Positions 44,460-59,791 of a stretch of 64,000 nt of DNA are shown here, in pieces. The position numbers were made by a program, and so were the translations under genes. The DNA is from the human T2T-CHM13v2.0 reference genome, Homo sapiens: NCBI RefSeq assembly GCF_009914755.1, contig NC_060925.1; one strand, 5' to 3'. The number at the start of each line of letters is the position of its first letter. The stretch's first letter is position 1. The notes below the pieces were generated by a model. The model was not told the DNA's origin. It saw nothing but the letters and a program-made list of their open reading frames with translations, and searched no databases.

Positions 44460-46231
44460 ATGGAATGGTCATCGAATGAATTGAATGCAATCATCGAATG
44501 GTCTCGAATGGTATCATCTTCTAATGGAAAGGAATGGAATCATCGCATAGAATCGAATGGAATTATCATCGAATGGAATCGAATGGTATCAACACCAAAC
44601 GGAAAAAAACGGAATTCTCGAATGGAATCGAAGAGAATCTTCGAACGGACCCGAATGGAATCATCTAATGGAATGGAATGGAACAATCCATGGACTCGAA
44701 TGCAATCATCATCGAATGGAATCGAATGGAATCATCGAATGGACTCGAATGGAATAATCATTGAACGGAATCGAATGGAATCATCATCGGATGGAAACGA
44801 ATGGAATCATCATCGAATGGAAATGAAAGGAGTCATCATCTAATGGAATTGCATGGAATCATCATAAAATGGAATCGAATGGAATCAACATCAAATGGAA
44901 TCAAATGGAATCATTGAACGGAATTGAATGGAATCGTCATCGAATGAATAGACTGCAATCATCGAATGGTCTCGGAATCATCTTCAAATGGAATGGAATG
45001 GAATCATCGCATAGAATCGAATGGAATTATCATCGAATGGAATCGAATGGAATCAACATCAAACGGAAAAAAACGGAATTATCGAATGGAATCGAAGAGA
45101 ATCATCGAATGGACCCGAATGGAATCATCTAATGGAATGGAATGGAATAATCCATGGACTCGAATGCAATCATCATCGAATGGAATCGAATGGAATCATC
45201 GAATGGACTCGAATGGAATAATCATTGAACGGAATCGAATGGAATCATCATCGGATGGAAATGAATGGAATCATCATCGAATGGAATCGAATAGAATTAT
45301 GGAATGAAATCCAGTGTGATTATCATCGAATGGACCCGAATGGAATCATCATCCAACGGAAGCTAATGGAATCAACATCGAATGAATCGAATGGAAACAC
45401 CATCGAATTGAAACGAATGGAATTATCATGAAATTGAAATGGATGGACTCATCATCGAATGGATTCGAATGGAATCATCGAATAAAATTGATTGAAATCA
45501 TCATCCAATGGAATCGAATGGTATCATTGAATGGAATCGAATGGAATCATCATCAGATGGAAATGAATGGAATCGTCATAGAATGGAATCGAATGGATTC
45601 ATTGAATGGAATCAGATGGAATCATCGAATGGACTGGAATGGAATCATTGAATGGACTCGAAAGGGATCATGATTGAATGGAATTGAATGGAATCATCGA
45701 ATGGTCTCGATTGGAATCATTATCAAATGGAATCGAATGGAATCACCGAATAGAATCGAATGGAACAATCATCGAATGGACTCAAATGGAATTATCCTCA
45801 AATGGAATCGAATGGAATTATCGAATGCAATCGAATGGAATTATCGAATGCAATCGAATAGAATCATCGAATGGACTCGAATGGAATCATCGAATGGAAT
45901 GGAATGGAACAGTCAATGAACTCGAATGGAATCATCATTGAATGGAATCGAATGGAATCATCGAGTGGAATCGAATGGAATTATGATCAAATGGAATCGA
46001 ATGTAATCATCATCAAATGGAATCAAAAATAACCATCATCAATTGGTATTGAATGGAATTGTCATCAAATGGAATTCAAAGGAATCATCATCAAATGGAA
46101 CCGAATGGAATCCTCATTGAATGGAAATGAAAGGGGTCATCATCTAATGGAATCGCATGGAATCATCATCAAATGGAATCGAATGGAATCATCATCAAAT
46201 GGAATCTAATGGAATCATTGAACAGAATTGA
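44460..46231 (+). repeat. 1,772-bp variant unit (4-bp deletion)
   Basis: TCTCGGAATC at 44970-44979; spacing 44460 to 46232. Confidence 0.9.
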
Positions 46232-47294
46232 ATGGAATCGTCATCGAATGAATTGAATGCAATCATCGAATGGTCTCGAATGGAATCATCTTCTAATGGA
46301 AAGGAATGGAATCATCGCATAGAATCGAATGGAATTATCATCGAATGGAATCGAATGGTATCAACACCAAACGGAAAAAAACGGAATTATCGAATGGAAT
46401 CGAAGAGAATCTTCGAACGGACCTGAATGGAATCATCTAATGGAATGGAATGGAATAATCCATGGACTCGAATGCAATCATCATCGAATGGAATCGAATG
46501 GAATCATCGAATGGACTCGAATGGAATAATCATTGAACGGAATCGAATGGAATCATCATCGGATGGAAACGAATGGAATCATCATCGAATGGAAATGAAA
46601 GGAGTCATCATCTAATGGAATTGCATGGAATCATCATAAAATGGAATCGAAAGGAATCAACATCAAATGGAATCAAATGGAATCATTGAACGGAATTGAA
46701 TGGAATCGTCATCGAATGAATTGACTGCAATCATCGAACGGTCTCGAATGGAATCATCTTCAAATGGAATGGAATGGAATCATCGCATAGAATCGAATGG
46801 AAGTATCATCGAATGGAATCGAATGGAATCAACATCAAACGGAAAAAAACGGAATTATCGAATGGAATCGAAGAGAATCATCGAATGGACCCGAATGGAA
46901 TCATCTAATGGAATGGAATGGAATAATCCATGGACTCGAATGCAATCATCATCGAATGGAATCGAATGGAATCATCGAATGAACTCGAATGGAATCATCA
47001 TTGAATGGAATCGAATGGAATCATCGAGTGGAATCGAATGCAATTATGATCAAATGGAATCGAATGTAATCATCATCAAATGGAATCAAAAATAACCATC
47101 ATCAATTGGTATTGAATGGAATTGTCATCAAAAGGAATTCAAAGGAATCATCATCAAATGGAACCGAATGGAATCCTCATTGAATGGAAATGAAAGGGGT
47201 CATCATCTAATGGAATCGCATGGAATCATCATCAAATGGAATCGAATGGAATCATCATCAAATGGAATCTAATGGAATCATTGAACAGAATTGA
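46232..47294 (+). repeat. 1,063-bp deletion-variant unit, haplotype I
   Basis: Junction at 46978; ACCTGAATG, AAGTATC, AAAAGGAATTC. Confidence 0.9.
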
Positions 47295-50200
47295 ATGGAA
47301 TCGTCATCGAATGAATTGAATGCAATCATCGAATGGTCTCGAATGGAATCATCTTCTAATGGAAAGGAATGGAATCATCGCATAGAATCGAATGGAATTA
47401 TCATCGAATGGAATCGAATGGTATCAACACCAAACGGAAAAAAACGGAATTATCGAATGGAATCGAAGAGAATCTTCGAACGGACCCGAATGGAATCATC
47501 TAATGGAATGGAATGGAATAATCCATGGACTCGAATGCAATCATCATCGAATGGAATCGAATGGAATCATCGAATGGACTCGAATGGAATAATCATTGAA
47601 CGGAATCGAATGGAATCATCATCGGATGGAAACGAATGGAATCATCATCGAATGGAAATGAAAGGAGGCATCATCTAATGGAATTGCATGGAATCATCAT
47701 AAAATGGAATCGAATGGAATCAACATCAAATGGAATCAAATGGAATCATTGAACGGAATTGAATGGAATCGTCATCGAATGAATTGACTGCAATCATCCA
47801 ATGGTCTCGAATGGAATCATCTTCAAATGGAATGGAATGGAATCATCGCATAGAATCGAATGGAATTATCATCGAATGGAATCGAATGGAATCAACATCA
47901 AACGGAAAAAAACGGAATTATCGAATGGAATCGAAGAGAATCATCGAATGGACCCGAATGGAATCATCTAATGGAATGGAATGGAATAATCCATGGACTC
48001 GAATGCAATCATCATCGAATGGAATCGAATGGAATCATCGAATGGACTCGAATGGAATAATCATTGAACGGAATAGAATGGAATCATCATCGGATGGAAA
48101 TGAATGGAATCATCATCGAATGGAATCGAATAGAATTATGGAATGAAATCCAGTGTGATCATCATCGAATGGACCCGAATGGAATCATCATCCAACGGAA
48201 GCTAATGGAATCAACATCGAATGAATCGAATGGAAACACCATCGAATTGAAACGAATGGAATTATCATGAAATTGAAATGGATGGACTCATCATCGAATG
48301 GATTCGAATGGAATCATCGAATGAAATTGATTGAAATCATCATCGAATGGAATCGAATGGTATCATTGAATGGAATCGAATGGAATCATCATCAGATGGA
48401 AATGAATGGAATCGTCATAGAATGGAATCGAATGGATTCATTGAATGGAATCAGATGGAATCATCGAATGGACTGGAATGGAATCATTGAATGGACTCGA
48501 AAGGGATCATGATTGAATGGAATTGAATGGAATCATCGAATGGTCTCGATTGGAATCATTATCAAATGGAATCGAATGGAATCACCGAATAGAATCGAAT
48601 GGAACAATCATCGAATGGACTCAAATGGAATTATCCTCAAATGGAATCGAATGGAATTATCGAATGCAATCGAATGGAATTATCGAATGCAATCGAATAG
48701 AATCATCGAATGGACTCGAATGGAATCATCGAATGGAATGGAATGGAACAGTCAATGAACTCGAATGGAATCATCATTGAATGGAATCGAATGGAATCAT
48801 CGAGTGGAATCGAATGGAATTATGATCAAATGCAATCGAATGTAATCCTCATCAAATGGAATCAAAAATAACCATCATCAATTGGTATTGAATGGAATTG
48901 TCATCAAATGGAATTCAAAGGAATCATCATCAAATGGAACCGAATGGAATCCTCATTGAATGGAAATGAAAGGGGTCATCATCTAATGGAATCGCATGGA
49001 ATCATCATCAAATGGAATCGAATGGAATCATCATCAAATGGAATCTAATGGAATCATTGAACAGAATTGAATGGAATCGTCATCGAATGAATTGAATGCA
49101 ATCATCGAATGGTCTCGAATGGAATCATCTTCTAATGGAAAGGAATGGAATCATCGCATAGAATCGAATGGAATTATCATCGAATGGAATCGAATGGTAT
49201 CAACACCAAACGGAAAAAAACGGAATTATCGAATGGAATCGAAGAGAATCTTCGAACGGACCCGAATGGAATCATCTAATGGAATGGAATGGAATAATCC
49301 ATGGACTCGAATGCAATCATCATCGAATGGAATCGAATGGAATCATCGAATGGACTCGAATGGAATAATCATTGAACGGAATCGAATGGAATCATCATCG
49401 GATGGAAACGAATGGAATCATCATCGAATGGAAATGAAAGGAGTCATCATCTAATGGAATTGCATGGAATCATCATAAAATGGAATCCAATGGAATCAAC
49501 ATCAAATGGAATCAAATGGAATCATTGAACGGAATTGAATGGAATCGTCATCGAATGAATTGACTGCAATCATCCAATGGTCTCGAATGGAATCATCTTC
49601 AAATGGAATGGAATGGAATCATCGCATAGAATCGAATGGAATTATCATCGAATGGAATCGAATGGAATCAACATCAAACGGAAAAAAACGGAATTATCGA
49701 ATGGAATCGAAGAGAATCATCGAATGGACCCGAATGGAATCATCTAATGGAAAGGAATGGAATAATCCATGGACTCGAATGCAATCATCTTCGAATGGAA
49801 TCGAATGGAATCATCGAATGGACTCGAATGGAATAATCATTGAACGGAATCGAATGGAATCATCATCGGATGGAAATGAAAGGAATCATCATCGAATGGA
49901 ATCGAATAGAATTATGGAATGAAATCCAGTGTGATCATCATCGAATGGACCCGAATGGAATCATCATCCAACGGAAGCTAATGGAATCAACATCGAATGA
50001 ATCGAATGGAAACACCATCGAATTGAAACGAATGGAATTATCATGAAATTGAAATGGATGGACTCATCATCGAATGGATTCGAATGGAATCATCGAATAA
50101 AATTGATTGAAATCATCATCCAATGGAATCGAATGGTATCATTGAATGGAATCGAATGGAATCATCATCAGATGGAAATGAATGGAATCGTCATAGAATG

Positions 50201-50846
50201 GAATCGAATGGATTCATTGAATGGAATCAGATGGAATCATCGAATGGACTGGAATGGAATCATTGAATGGACTCGAAAGGGATCATTATTGAATGGAATT
50301 GAATGGAATCATCGAATGGTCTCGATTGGAATCATTATCAAATGGAATCGAATGGAATCACCGAATAGAATCGAATGGAACAATCATCGAATGGACTCAA
50401 ATGGAATTATCCTCCAATGGAATCGAATGGAATTATCGAATGCAATCGAATGGAATTATCGAATGCTATCGAATAGAATCATCGAATGGACTCGAATGGA
50501 ATCATCGAATGGAATGGAATGGAACAGTCAATGAACTCGAATGGAATCATCATTGAATGGAATCGAATGGAATCATCGAGTGGAATCGAATGGAATTATG
50601 ATCAAATGGAATCGAATGTAATCATCATCAAATGGAATCAAAAATAACCATCATCAATTGGTATTGAATGGAATTGTCATCAAATGGAATTCAAAGGAAT
50701 CATCATCAAATGGAACCGAATGGAATCCTCATTGAATGGAAATGAAAGGGGTCATCATCTAATGGAATCGCATGGAATCATCATCAAATGGAATCGAATG
50801 GAATCATCATCAAATGGAATCCAATGGAATCATTGAACAGAATTGA

Positions 50847-52687
50847 ATGGAATCGTCATCGAATGAATTGAATGCAATCATCGAATGGTCTCGAATGGAA
50901 TCATCTTCTAATGGAAAGGAATGGAATCATCGCATAGAATCGAATGGAATTATCATAGAATGGAATCATCTTCTAATGGAAAGGAATGGAATCATCGCAT
51001 AGAATCGAATGGAATTATCATCGAATGGAATCGAATGGTATCAACACCAAACGGAAAAAAACGGAATTATCGAATGGAATCGAAGAGAATCTTCGAACGG
51101 ACCCGAATGGAATCATCTAATGGAATGGAATGGAATAATCCATGGACTCGAATGCAATCATCATCGAATGGAATCGAATGGAATCATCGAATGGACTCGA
51201 ATGGAATAATCATTGAACGGAATCGAATGGAATCATCATCGGATGGAAACGAATGGAATCATCATCGAATGGAAATGAAAGGAGTCATCATCTAATGGAA
51301 TTGCATGGAATCATCATAAAATGGAATCCAATGGAATCAACATCAAATGGAATCAAATGGAATCATTGAACGGAATTGAATGGAATCGTCATCGAATGAA
51401 TTGACTGCAATCATCCAATGGTCTCGAATGGAATCATCTTCAAATGGAATGGAATGGAATCATCGCATAGAATCGAATGGAATTATCATCGAATGGAATC
51501 GAATGGAATCAACATCAAACGGAAAAAAACGGAATTATCGAATGGAATCGAAGAGAATCATCGAATGGACGCGAATGGAATCATCTAATGGAATGGAATG
51601 GAATAATCCATGGACTCGAATGCAATCATCTTCGAATGGAATCGAATGGAATCATCGAATGGACTCGAATGGAATAATCATTGAACGGAATCGAATGGAA
51701 TCATCATCGGATGGAAATGAAAGGAATCATCATCGAATGGAATCGAATAGAATTATGGAATGAAATCCAGTGTGATCATCATCGAATGGACCCGAATGGA
51801 ATCATCATCCAACGGAAGCTAATGGAATCAACATCGAATGAATCGAATGGAAACACCATCGAATTGAAACGAATGGAATTATCATGAAATTGAAATGGAT
51901 GGACTCATCATCGAATGGATTCGAATGGAATCATCGAATAAAATTGATTGAAATCATCATCCAATGGAATCGAATGGTATCATTGAATGGAATCGAATGG
52001 AATCATCATCAGATGGAAATGAATGGAATCGTCATAGAATGGAATCGAATGGATTCATTGAATGGAATCAGATGGAATCATCGAATGGACTGGAATGGAA
52101 TCATTGAATGGACTCGAAAGGGATCATTATTGAATGGAATTGAATGGAATCATCGAATGGTCTCGATTGGAATCATTATCAAATGGAATCGAATGGAATC
52201 ACCGAATAGAATCGAATGGAACAATCATCGAATGGACTCAAATGGAATTATCCTCCAATGGAATCGAATGGAATTATCGAATGCAATCGAATGGAATTAT
52301 CGAATGCAATCGAATAGAATCATCGAATGGACTCGAATGGAATCATCGAATGGAATGGAATGGAACAGTCAATGAACTCGAATGGAATCATCATTGAATG
52401 GAATCAAATGGAATCATCGAGTGGAATCGAATGGAATTATGATCAAATGGAATCGAATGTAATCATCATCAAATGGAATCAAAAATAACCATCATCAATT
52501 GGTATTGAATGGAATTGTCATCAAATGGAATTCAAAGGAATCATCATCAAATGGAACCGAATGGAATCCTCATTGAATGGAAATGAAAGGGGTCATCATC
52601 TAATGGAATCGCATGGAATCATCATCAAATGGAATCGAATGGAATCATCATCAAATGGAATCTAATGGAATCATTGAACAGAATTGA
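50847..52687 (+). repeat. 1,841-bp variant unit with an internal 65-bp tandem duplication
   Basis: GAATGGAATCATCTTCTAATGGAAAGG... starts at both 50893 and 50958. Confidence 0.92.
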
Positions 52688-55600
52688 ATGGAATCGTCAT
52701 CGAATGAATTGAATGCAATCATCGAATGGTCTCGAATGGAATCATCTTCTAATGGAAAGGAATGGAATCATCGCATAGAATCGAATGGAATTATCATCGA
52801 ATGGAATCGAATGGTATCAACACCAAACGGAAAAAAACGGAATTATCGAATGGAATCGAAGAGAATCTTCGAACGGACCCGAATGGAATCATCTAATGGA
52901 ATGGAATGGAATAATCCATGGACTCGAATGCAATCATCATCGAATGGAATCGAATGGAATCATCGAATGGACTCGAATGGAATAATCATTGAACGGAATC
53001 GATTGGAATCATCATCGGATGGAAACGAATGGAATCATCATCGAATGGAAATGAAAGGAGTCATCATCTAATGGAATTGCATGGAATCATCATAAAATGG
53101 AATCGAATGTAATCAACATCAAATGGAAGCAAATGGAATCATTGAACGGAATTGAATGGAATCGTCATCGAATGAATTGACTGCAATCATCGAATGGTCT
53201 CGAATGGAATCATCTTCAAATGGAATGGAATGGAATCATCGCATAGAATCGAATGGAATTATCATCGAATGGAATCGAATGGAATCAACATCAAACGGAA
53301 AAAAACGGAATTATCGAATGGAATCGAAGAGAATCATCGAATGGACCCTAATGGAATCATCTAATGGAATGGAATGGAATAATCCATGGACTCGAATGCA
53401 ATCATCATCGAATGGAATCGAATGGAATCATCGAATGGACTCGAATGGAATAATCATTGAACGGAATCGAATGGAATCATCATCGGATGGAAATGAATGG
53501 AATCATCATCGAATGGAATCGAATAGAATTATGGAATGAAATCCAGTGTGATCATCATCGAATGGACCCGAATGGAATCATCATCCAACGGAAGCTAATG
53601 GAATCAACATCGAATGAATCAAATGGAAACACCATCGAATTGAAACGAATGGAATTATCATGAAATTGAAATGGATGGACTCATCATCGAATGGATTCGA
53701 ATGGAATCATCGAATAAAATTGATTGAAATCATCATCGAATGGAATCGAATGGTATCATTGAATGGAATCGAATGGAATCATCATCAGATGGAAATGAAT
53801 GGAATCGTCATAGAATGGAATCGAATGGATTCATTGAATGGAATCAGATGGAATCATCGAATGGACTGGAATGGAATCATTGAATGGACTCGAAAGGGAT
53901 CATGATTGAATGGAATTGAATGGAATCATCGAATGGTCTCGATTGGAATCATTATCAAATGGAATCGAATGGAATCACCGAATAGAATCGAATGGAACAA
54001 TCATCGAATGGACTCAAATGGAATTATCCTCAAATGGAATCGAATGGAATTATCGAATGCAATCGAATGGAATTATCGAATGCAATCGAATAGAATCATC
54101 GAATGGACTCGAATGGAATCATCGAATGGAATGGAATGGAACAGTCAATGAACTCGAATGGAATCATCATTGAATGGAATCGAATGGAATCATCGAGTGG
54201 AATCGAATGGAATTATGATCAAATGGAATCGAATGTAATCATCATCAAATGGAATCAAAAATAACCATCATCAATTGGTATTGAATGGAATTGTCATCAA
54301 ATGGAATTCAAAGGAATCATCATCAAATGGAACCGAATGGAATCCTCATTGAATGGAAATGAAAGGGGTCATCATCTAATGGAATCGCATGGAATCATCA
54401 TCTAATGGAATCGAATGGAATCATCATCAAATGGAATCTAATGGAATCATTGAACAGAATTGAATGGAATCGTCATCGAATGAATTGAATGCAATCATCG
54501 AATGGTCTCGAATGGAATCATCTTCTAATGGAAAGGAATGGAATCATCGCATAGAATCGAATGGAATTATCATCGAATGGAATCGAATGGTATCAACACC
54601 AAACGGAAAAAAACGGAATTATCGAATGGAATCGAAGAGAATCTTCGAACGGACCCGAATGGAATCATCTAATGGAATGGAATGGAATAATCCATGGACT
54701 CGAATGCAATCATCATCGAATGGAATCGAATGGAATCATCGAATGGACTCGAATGGAATAATCATTGAACGGAATCGAATGGAATCATCATCGGATGGAA
54801 ACGAATGGAATCATCATCGAATGGAAATGAAAGGAGTCATCATCTAATGGAATTGCATGGAATCATCATAAAATGGAATCGAATGGAATCAACATCAAAT
54901 GGAATCAAATGGAATCATTGAACGGAATTGAATGGAATCGTCATCGAATGAATTGACTGCAATCATCGAATGGTCTCGAATGGAATCATCTTCAAATGGA
55001 ATGGAATGGAATCATCGCATAGAATCGAATGGAATTATCATCGAATGGAATCGAATGGAATCAACATCCAACGGAAAAAAACGGAATTATCGAATGGAAT
55101 CGAAGAGAATCATCGAATGGACCCGAATGGAATCATCTAATGGAATGGAATGGAATAATCCATGGACTCGAATGCAATCATCATCGAATGGAATCGAATG
55201 GAATCATCGAATGGACTCGAATGGAATAATCATTGAACGGAAACGAATGGAATCATCATCGGATGGAAATGAATGGAATCATCATCGAATGGAATCGAAT
55301 AGAATTATGGAATGAAATCCAGTGTGATCATCATCGAATGGACCCGAATGGAATCATCATCCAACGGAAGCTAATGGAATCAACATCGAATGAATCGAAT
55401 GGAAACACCATCGAATTGAAACGAATGGAATTATCATGAAATTGAAATGGATGGACTCATCATCGAATGGATTCGAATGGAATCATCGAATAAAATTGAT
55501 TGAAATCATCATCGAATGGAATCGAATGGTATCATTGAATGGAATCGAATGGAATCATCATCAGATGGAAATGAATGGAATCGTCATAGAATGGAATCGA

Positions 55601-58600
55601 ATGGATTCATTGAATGGAATCAGATGGAATCATCGAATGGACTGGAATGGAATCATTGAATGGACTCGAAAGGGATCATGATTGAATGGAATTGAATGGA
55701 ATCATCGAATGGTCTCGATTGGAATCATTATCAAATGGAATCGAATGGAATCACCGAATAGAATCGAATGGAACAATCATCGAATGGACTCAAATGGAAT
55801 TATCCTCAAATGGAATCGAATGGAATTATCGAATGCAATCGAATGGAATTATCGAATGCAATCGAATAGAATCATCGAATGGACTCGAATGGAATCATCG
55901 AATGGAATGGAATGGAACAGTCAATGAACACGAATGGAATCATCATTGAATGGAATCGAATGGAATCATCGAGTGGAATCGAATGGAATTATGATCAAAT
56001 GGAATCGAATGTAATCATCATCAAATGGAATCAAAAATAACCATCATCAATTGGTATTGAATGGAATTGTCATCAAATGGAATTCAAAGGAATCATCATC
56101 AAATGGAACCGAATGGAATCCTCATTGAATGGAAATGAAAGGGGTCATCATCTAATGGAATCGCATGGAATCATCATCTAATGGAATCGAATGGAATCAT
56201 CATCAAATGGAATCTAATGGAATCATTGAACAGAATTGAATGGAATCGTCATCGAATGAATTGAATGCAATCATCGAATGGTCTCGAATGGAATCATCTT
56301 CTAATGGAAAGGAATGGAATCATCGCATAGAATCGAATGGAATTATCATCGAATGGAATCGAATGGTATCAACACCAAACGGAAAAAAACGGAATTATCG
56401 AATGGAATCGAAGAGAATCTTCGAACGGACCCGAATGGAATCATCTAATGGAATGGAATGGAATAATCCATGGACTCGAATGCAATCATCATCGAATGGA
56501 ATCGAATGGAATCATCGAATGGACTCGAATGGAATAATCATTGAACGGAATCGAATGGAATCATCATCGGATGGAAACGAATGGAATCATCATCGAATGG
56601 AAATGAAAGGAGTCATCATCTAATGGAATTGCATGGAATCATCATAAAATGGAATCGAATGGAATCAACATCAAATGGAATCAAATGGAATCATTGAACG
56701 GAATTGAATGGAATCGTCATCGAATGAATTGACTGCAATCATCGAATGGTCTCGAATGGAATCATTTTCAAATGGAATGGAATGGAATCATCGCATAGAA
56801 TCGAATGGAATTATCATCGAATGGAATCGAATGGAATCAACATCAAACGGAAAAAAACGGAATTATCGAATGGAATCGAAGAGAATCATCGAATGGACCC
56901 GAATGGAATCATCTAATGGAATGGAATGGAATAATCCATGGACTCGAATGCAATCATCATCGAATGGAATCGAATGGAATCATCGAATGGACTCGAATGG
57001 AATAATCATTGAACGGAAACGAATGGAATCATCATCGGATGGAAATGAATGGAATCATCATCGAATGGAATCGAATAGAATTATGGAATGAAATCCAGTG
57101 TGATCATCATCGAATGGACCCGAATGGAATCATCATCCAACGGAAGCTAATGGAATCAACATCGAATGAATCGAATGGAAACACCATCGAATTGAAACGA
57201 ATGGAATTATCATGAAATTGAAATGGATGGACTCATCATCGAATGGATTCGAATGGAATCATCGAATAAAATTGATTGAAATCATCATCGAATGGAATCG
57301 AATGGTATCATTGAATGGAATCGAATGGAATCATCATCAGATGGAAATGAATGGAATCGTCATAGAATGGAATCGAATGGATTCATTGAATGGAATCAGA
57401 TGGAATCATCGAATGGACTGGAATGGAATCATTGAATGGACTCGAAAGGGATCATGATTGAATGGAATTTAATGGAATCATCGAATGGTCTCGATTGGAA
57501 TCATTATCAAATGGAATCGAATGGAATCACCGAATAGAATCGAATGGAACAATCATCGAATGGACTCAAATGGAATTATCCTCAAATGGAATCGAATGGA
57601 ATTATCGAATGCAATCGAATGGAATTATCGAATGCAATCGAATAGAATCATCGAATGGACTCGAATGGAATCATCGAATGGAATGGAATGGAACAGTCAA
57701 TGAACACGAATGGAATCATCATTGAATGGAATCGAATGGAATCATCGAGTGGAATCGAATGGAATTATGATCAAATGGAATCGAATGTAATCATCATCAA
57801 ATGGAATCAAAAATAACCATCATCAATTGGTATTGAATGGAATTGTCATCAAATGGAATTCAAAGGAATCATCATCAAATGGAACCGAATGGAATCCTCA
57901 TTGAATGGAAATGAAAGGGGTCATCATCTAATGGAATCGCATGGAATCATCATCAAATGGAATCGAATGGAATCATCATCAAATGGAATCTAATGGAATC
58001 ATTGAACAGAATTGAATGGAATCGTCATCGAATGAATTGAATGCAATCATCGAATGGTCTCGAATGGAATCATCTTCTAATGGAAAGGAATGGAATCATC
58101 GCATAGAATCGAATGGAATTATCATCGAATGGAATCGAATGGTATCAAAACCAAACGGAAAAAAACGGAATTATCGAATGGAATCGAAGAGAATCTTCGA
58201 ACGGACCCGAATGGAATCATCTAATGGAATGGAATGGAATAATCCATGGACTCGAATGCAATCATCATCGAATGGAATCGAATGGAATCATCGAATGGAC
58301 TCGAATGGAATAATCATTGAACGGAATCGAATGGAATCATCATCGGATGGAAACGAATGGAATCATCATCGAATGGAAATGAAAGGAGTCATCATCTAAT
58401 GGAATTGCATGGAATCATCATAAAATGGAATCGAATGGAATCAACATCAAATGGAATCAAATGGAATCATTGAACGGAATTGAATGGAATCATCATCGAA
58501 TGAATTGACTGCAATCATCGAATGGTCTCGAATGGAATCATCTTCAAATGGAATGGAATGGAATCATCGCATAGAATCGAATGGAATTATCATCGAATGG

Positions 58601-59791
58601 AATCGAATGGAATCAACATCAAACGGAAAAAAACGGAATTATCGAATGGAATCGAAGAGAATCATCGAATGGACCCGAATGGAATCATCTAATGGAATGG
58701 AATGGAATAATCCATGGACTCGAATGCAATCATCATCGAATGGAATCGAATGGAATCATCGAATGGACTCGAATGGAATAATCATTGAACGGAAACGAAT
58801 GGAATCATCATCGGATGGAAATGAATGGAATCATCATCGAATGGAATCGAATAGAATTATGGAATGAAATCCAGTGTGATCATCATCGAATGGACCCGAA
58901 TGGAATCATCATCCAACGGAAGCTAATGGAATCAACATCGAATGAATCGAATGGAAACACCATCGAATTGAAACGAATGGAATTATCATGAAATTGAAAT
59001 GGATGGACTCATCATCGAATGGATTCGAATGGAATCATCGAATAAAATTGATTGAAATCATCATCGAATGGAATCGAATGGTATCATTGAATGGAATCGA
59101 ATGGAATCATCATCAGATGGAAATGAATGGAATCGTCATAGAATGGAATCGAATGGATTCATTGAATGGAATCAGATGGAATCATCGAATGGACTGGAAT
59201 GGAATCATTGAATGGACTCGAAAGGGATCATGATTGAATGGAATTGAATGGAATCATCGAATGGTCTCGATTGGAATCATTATCAAATGGAATCGAATGG
59301 AATCACCGAATAGAATCGAATGGAACAATCATCGAATGGACTCAAATGGAATTATCCTCAAATGGAATCGAATGGAATCATCGAATGCAATCGAATGGAA
59401 TTATCGAATGCAATCGAATAGAATCATCGAATGGACTCGAATGGAATCATCGAATGGAATGGAATGGAACAGTCAATGAACACGAATGGAATCATCATTG
59501 AATGGAATCGAATGGAATCATCGAGTGGAATCGAATGGAATTATGATCAAATGGAATCAAATGTAATCATCATCAAATGGAATCAAAAATAACCATCATC
59601 AATTGGTATTGAATGGAATTGTCATCAAATGGAATTCAAAGGAATCATCATCAAATGGAACCGAATGGAATCCTCATTGAATGGAAATGAATGGGGTCAT
59701 GATCTAATGGAATCGCATGGAATCATCATCAAATGGAATCGAATGGAATCATCATCAAATGGAATCTAATGGAATCATTGAACAGAATTGA

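Noticed and set aside
46232-49070. Third copy of the 14.2-kb block starting at the type I short unit
   Set aside because: The following units lack the 1455-bp unit and the marker order, so only the short unit is shared.
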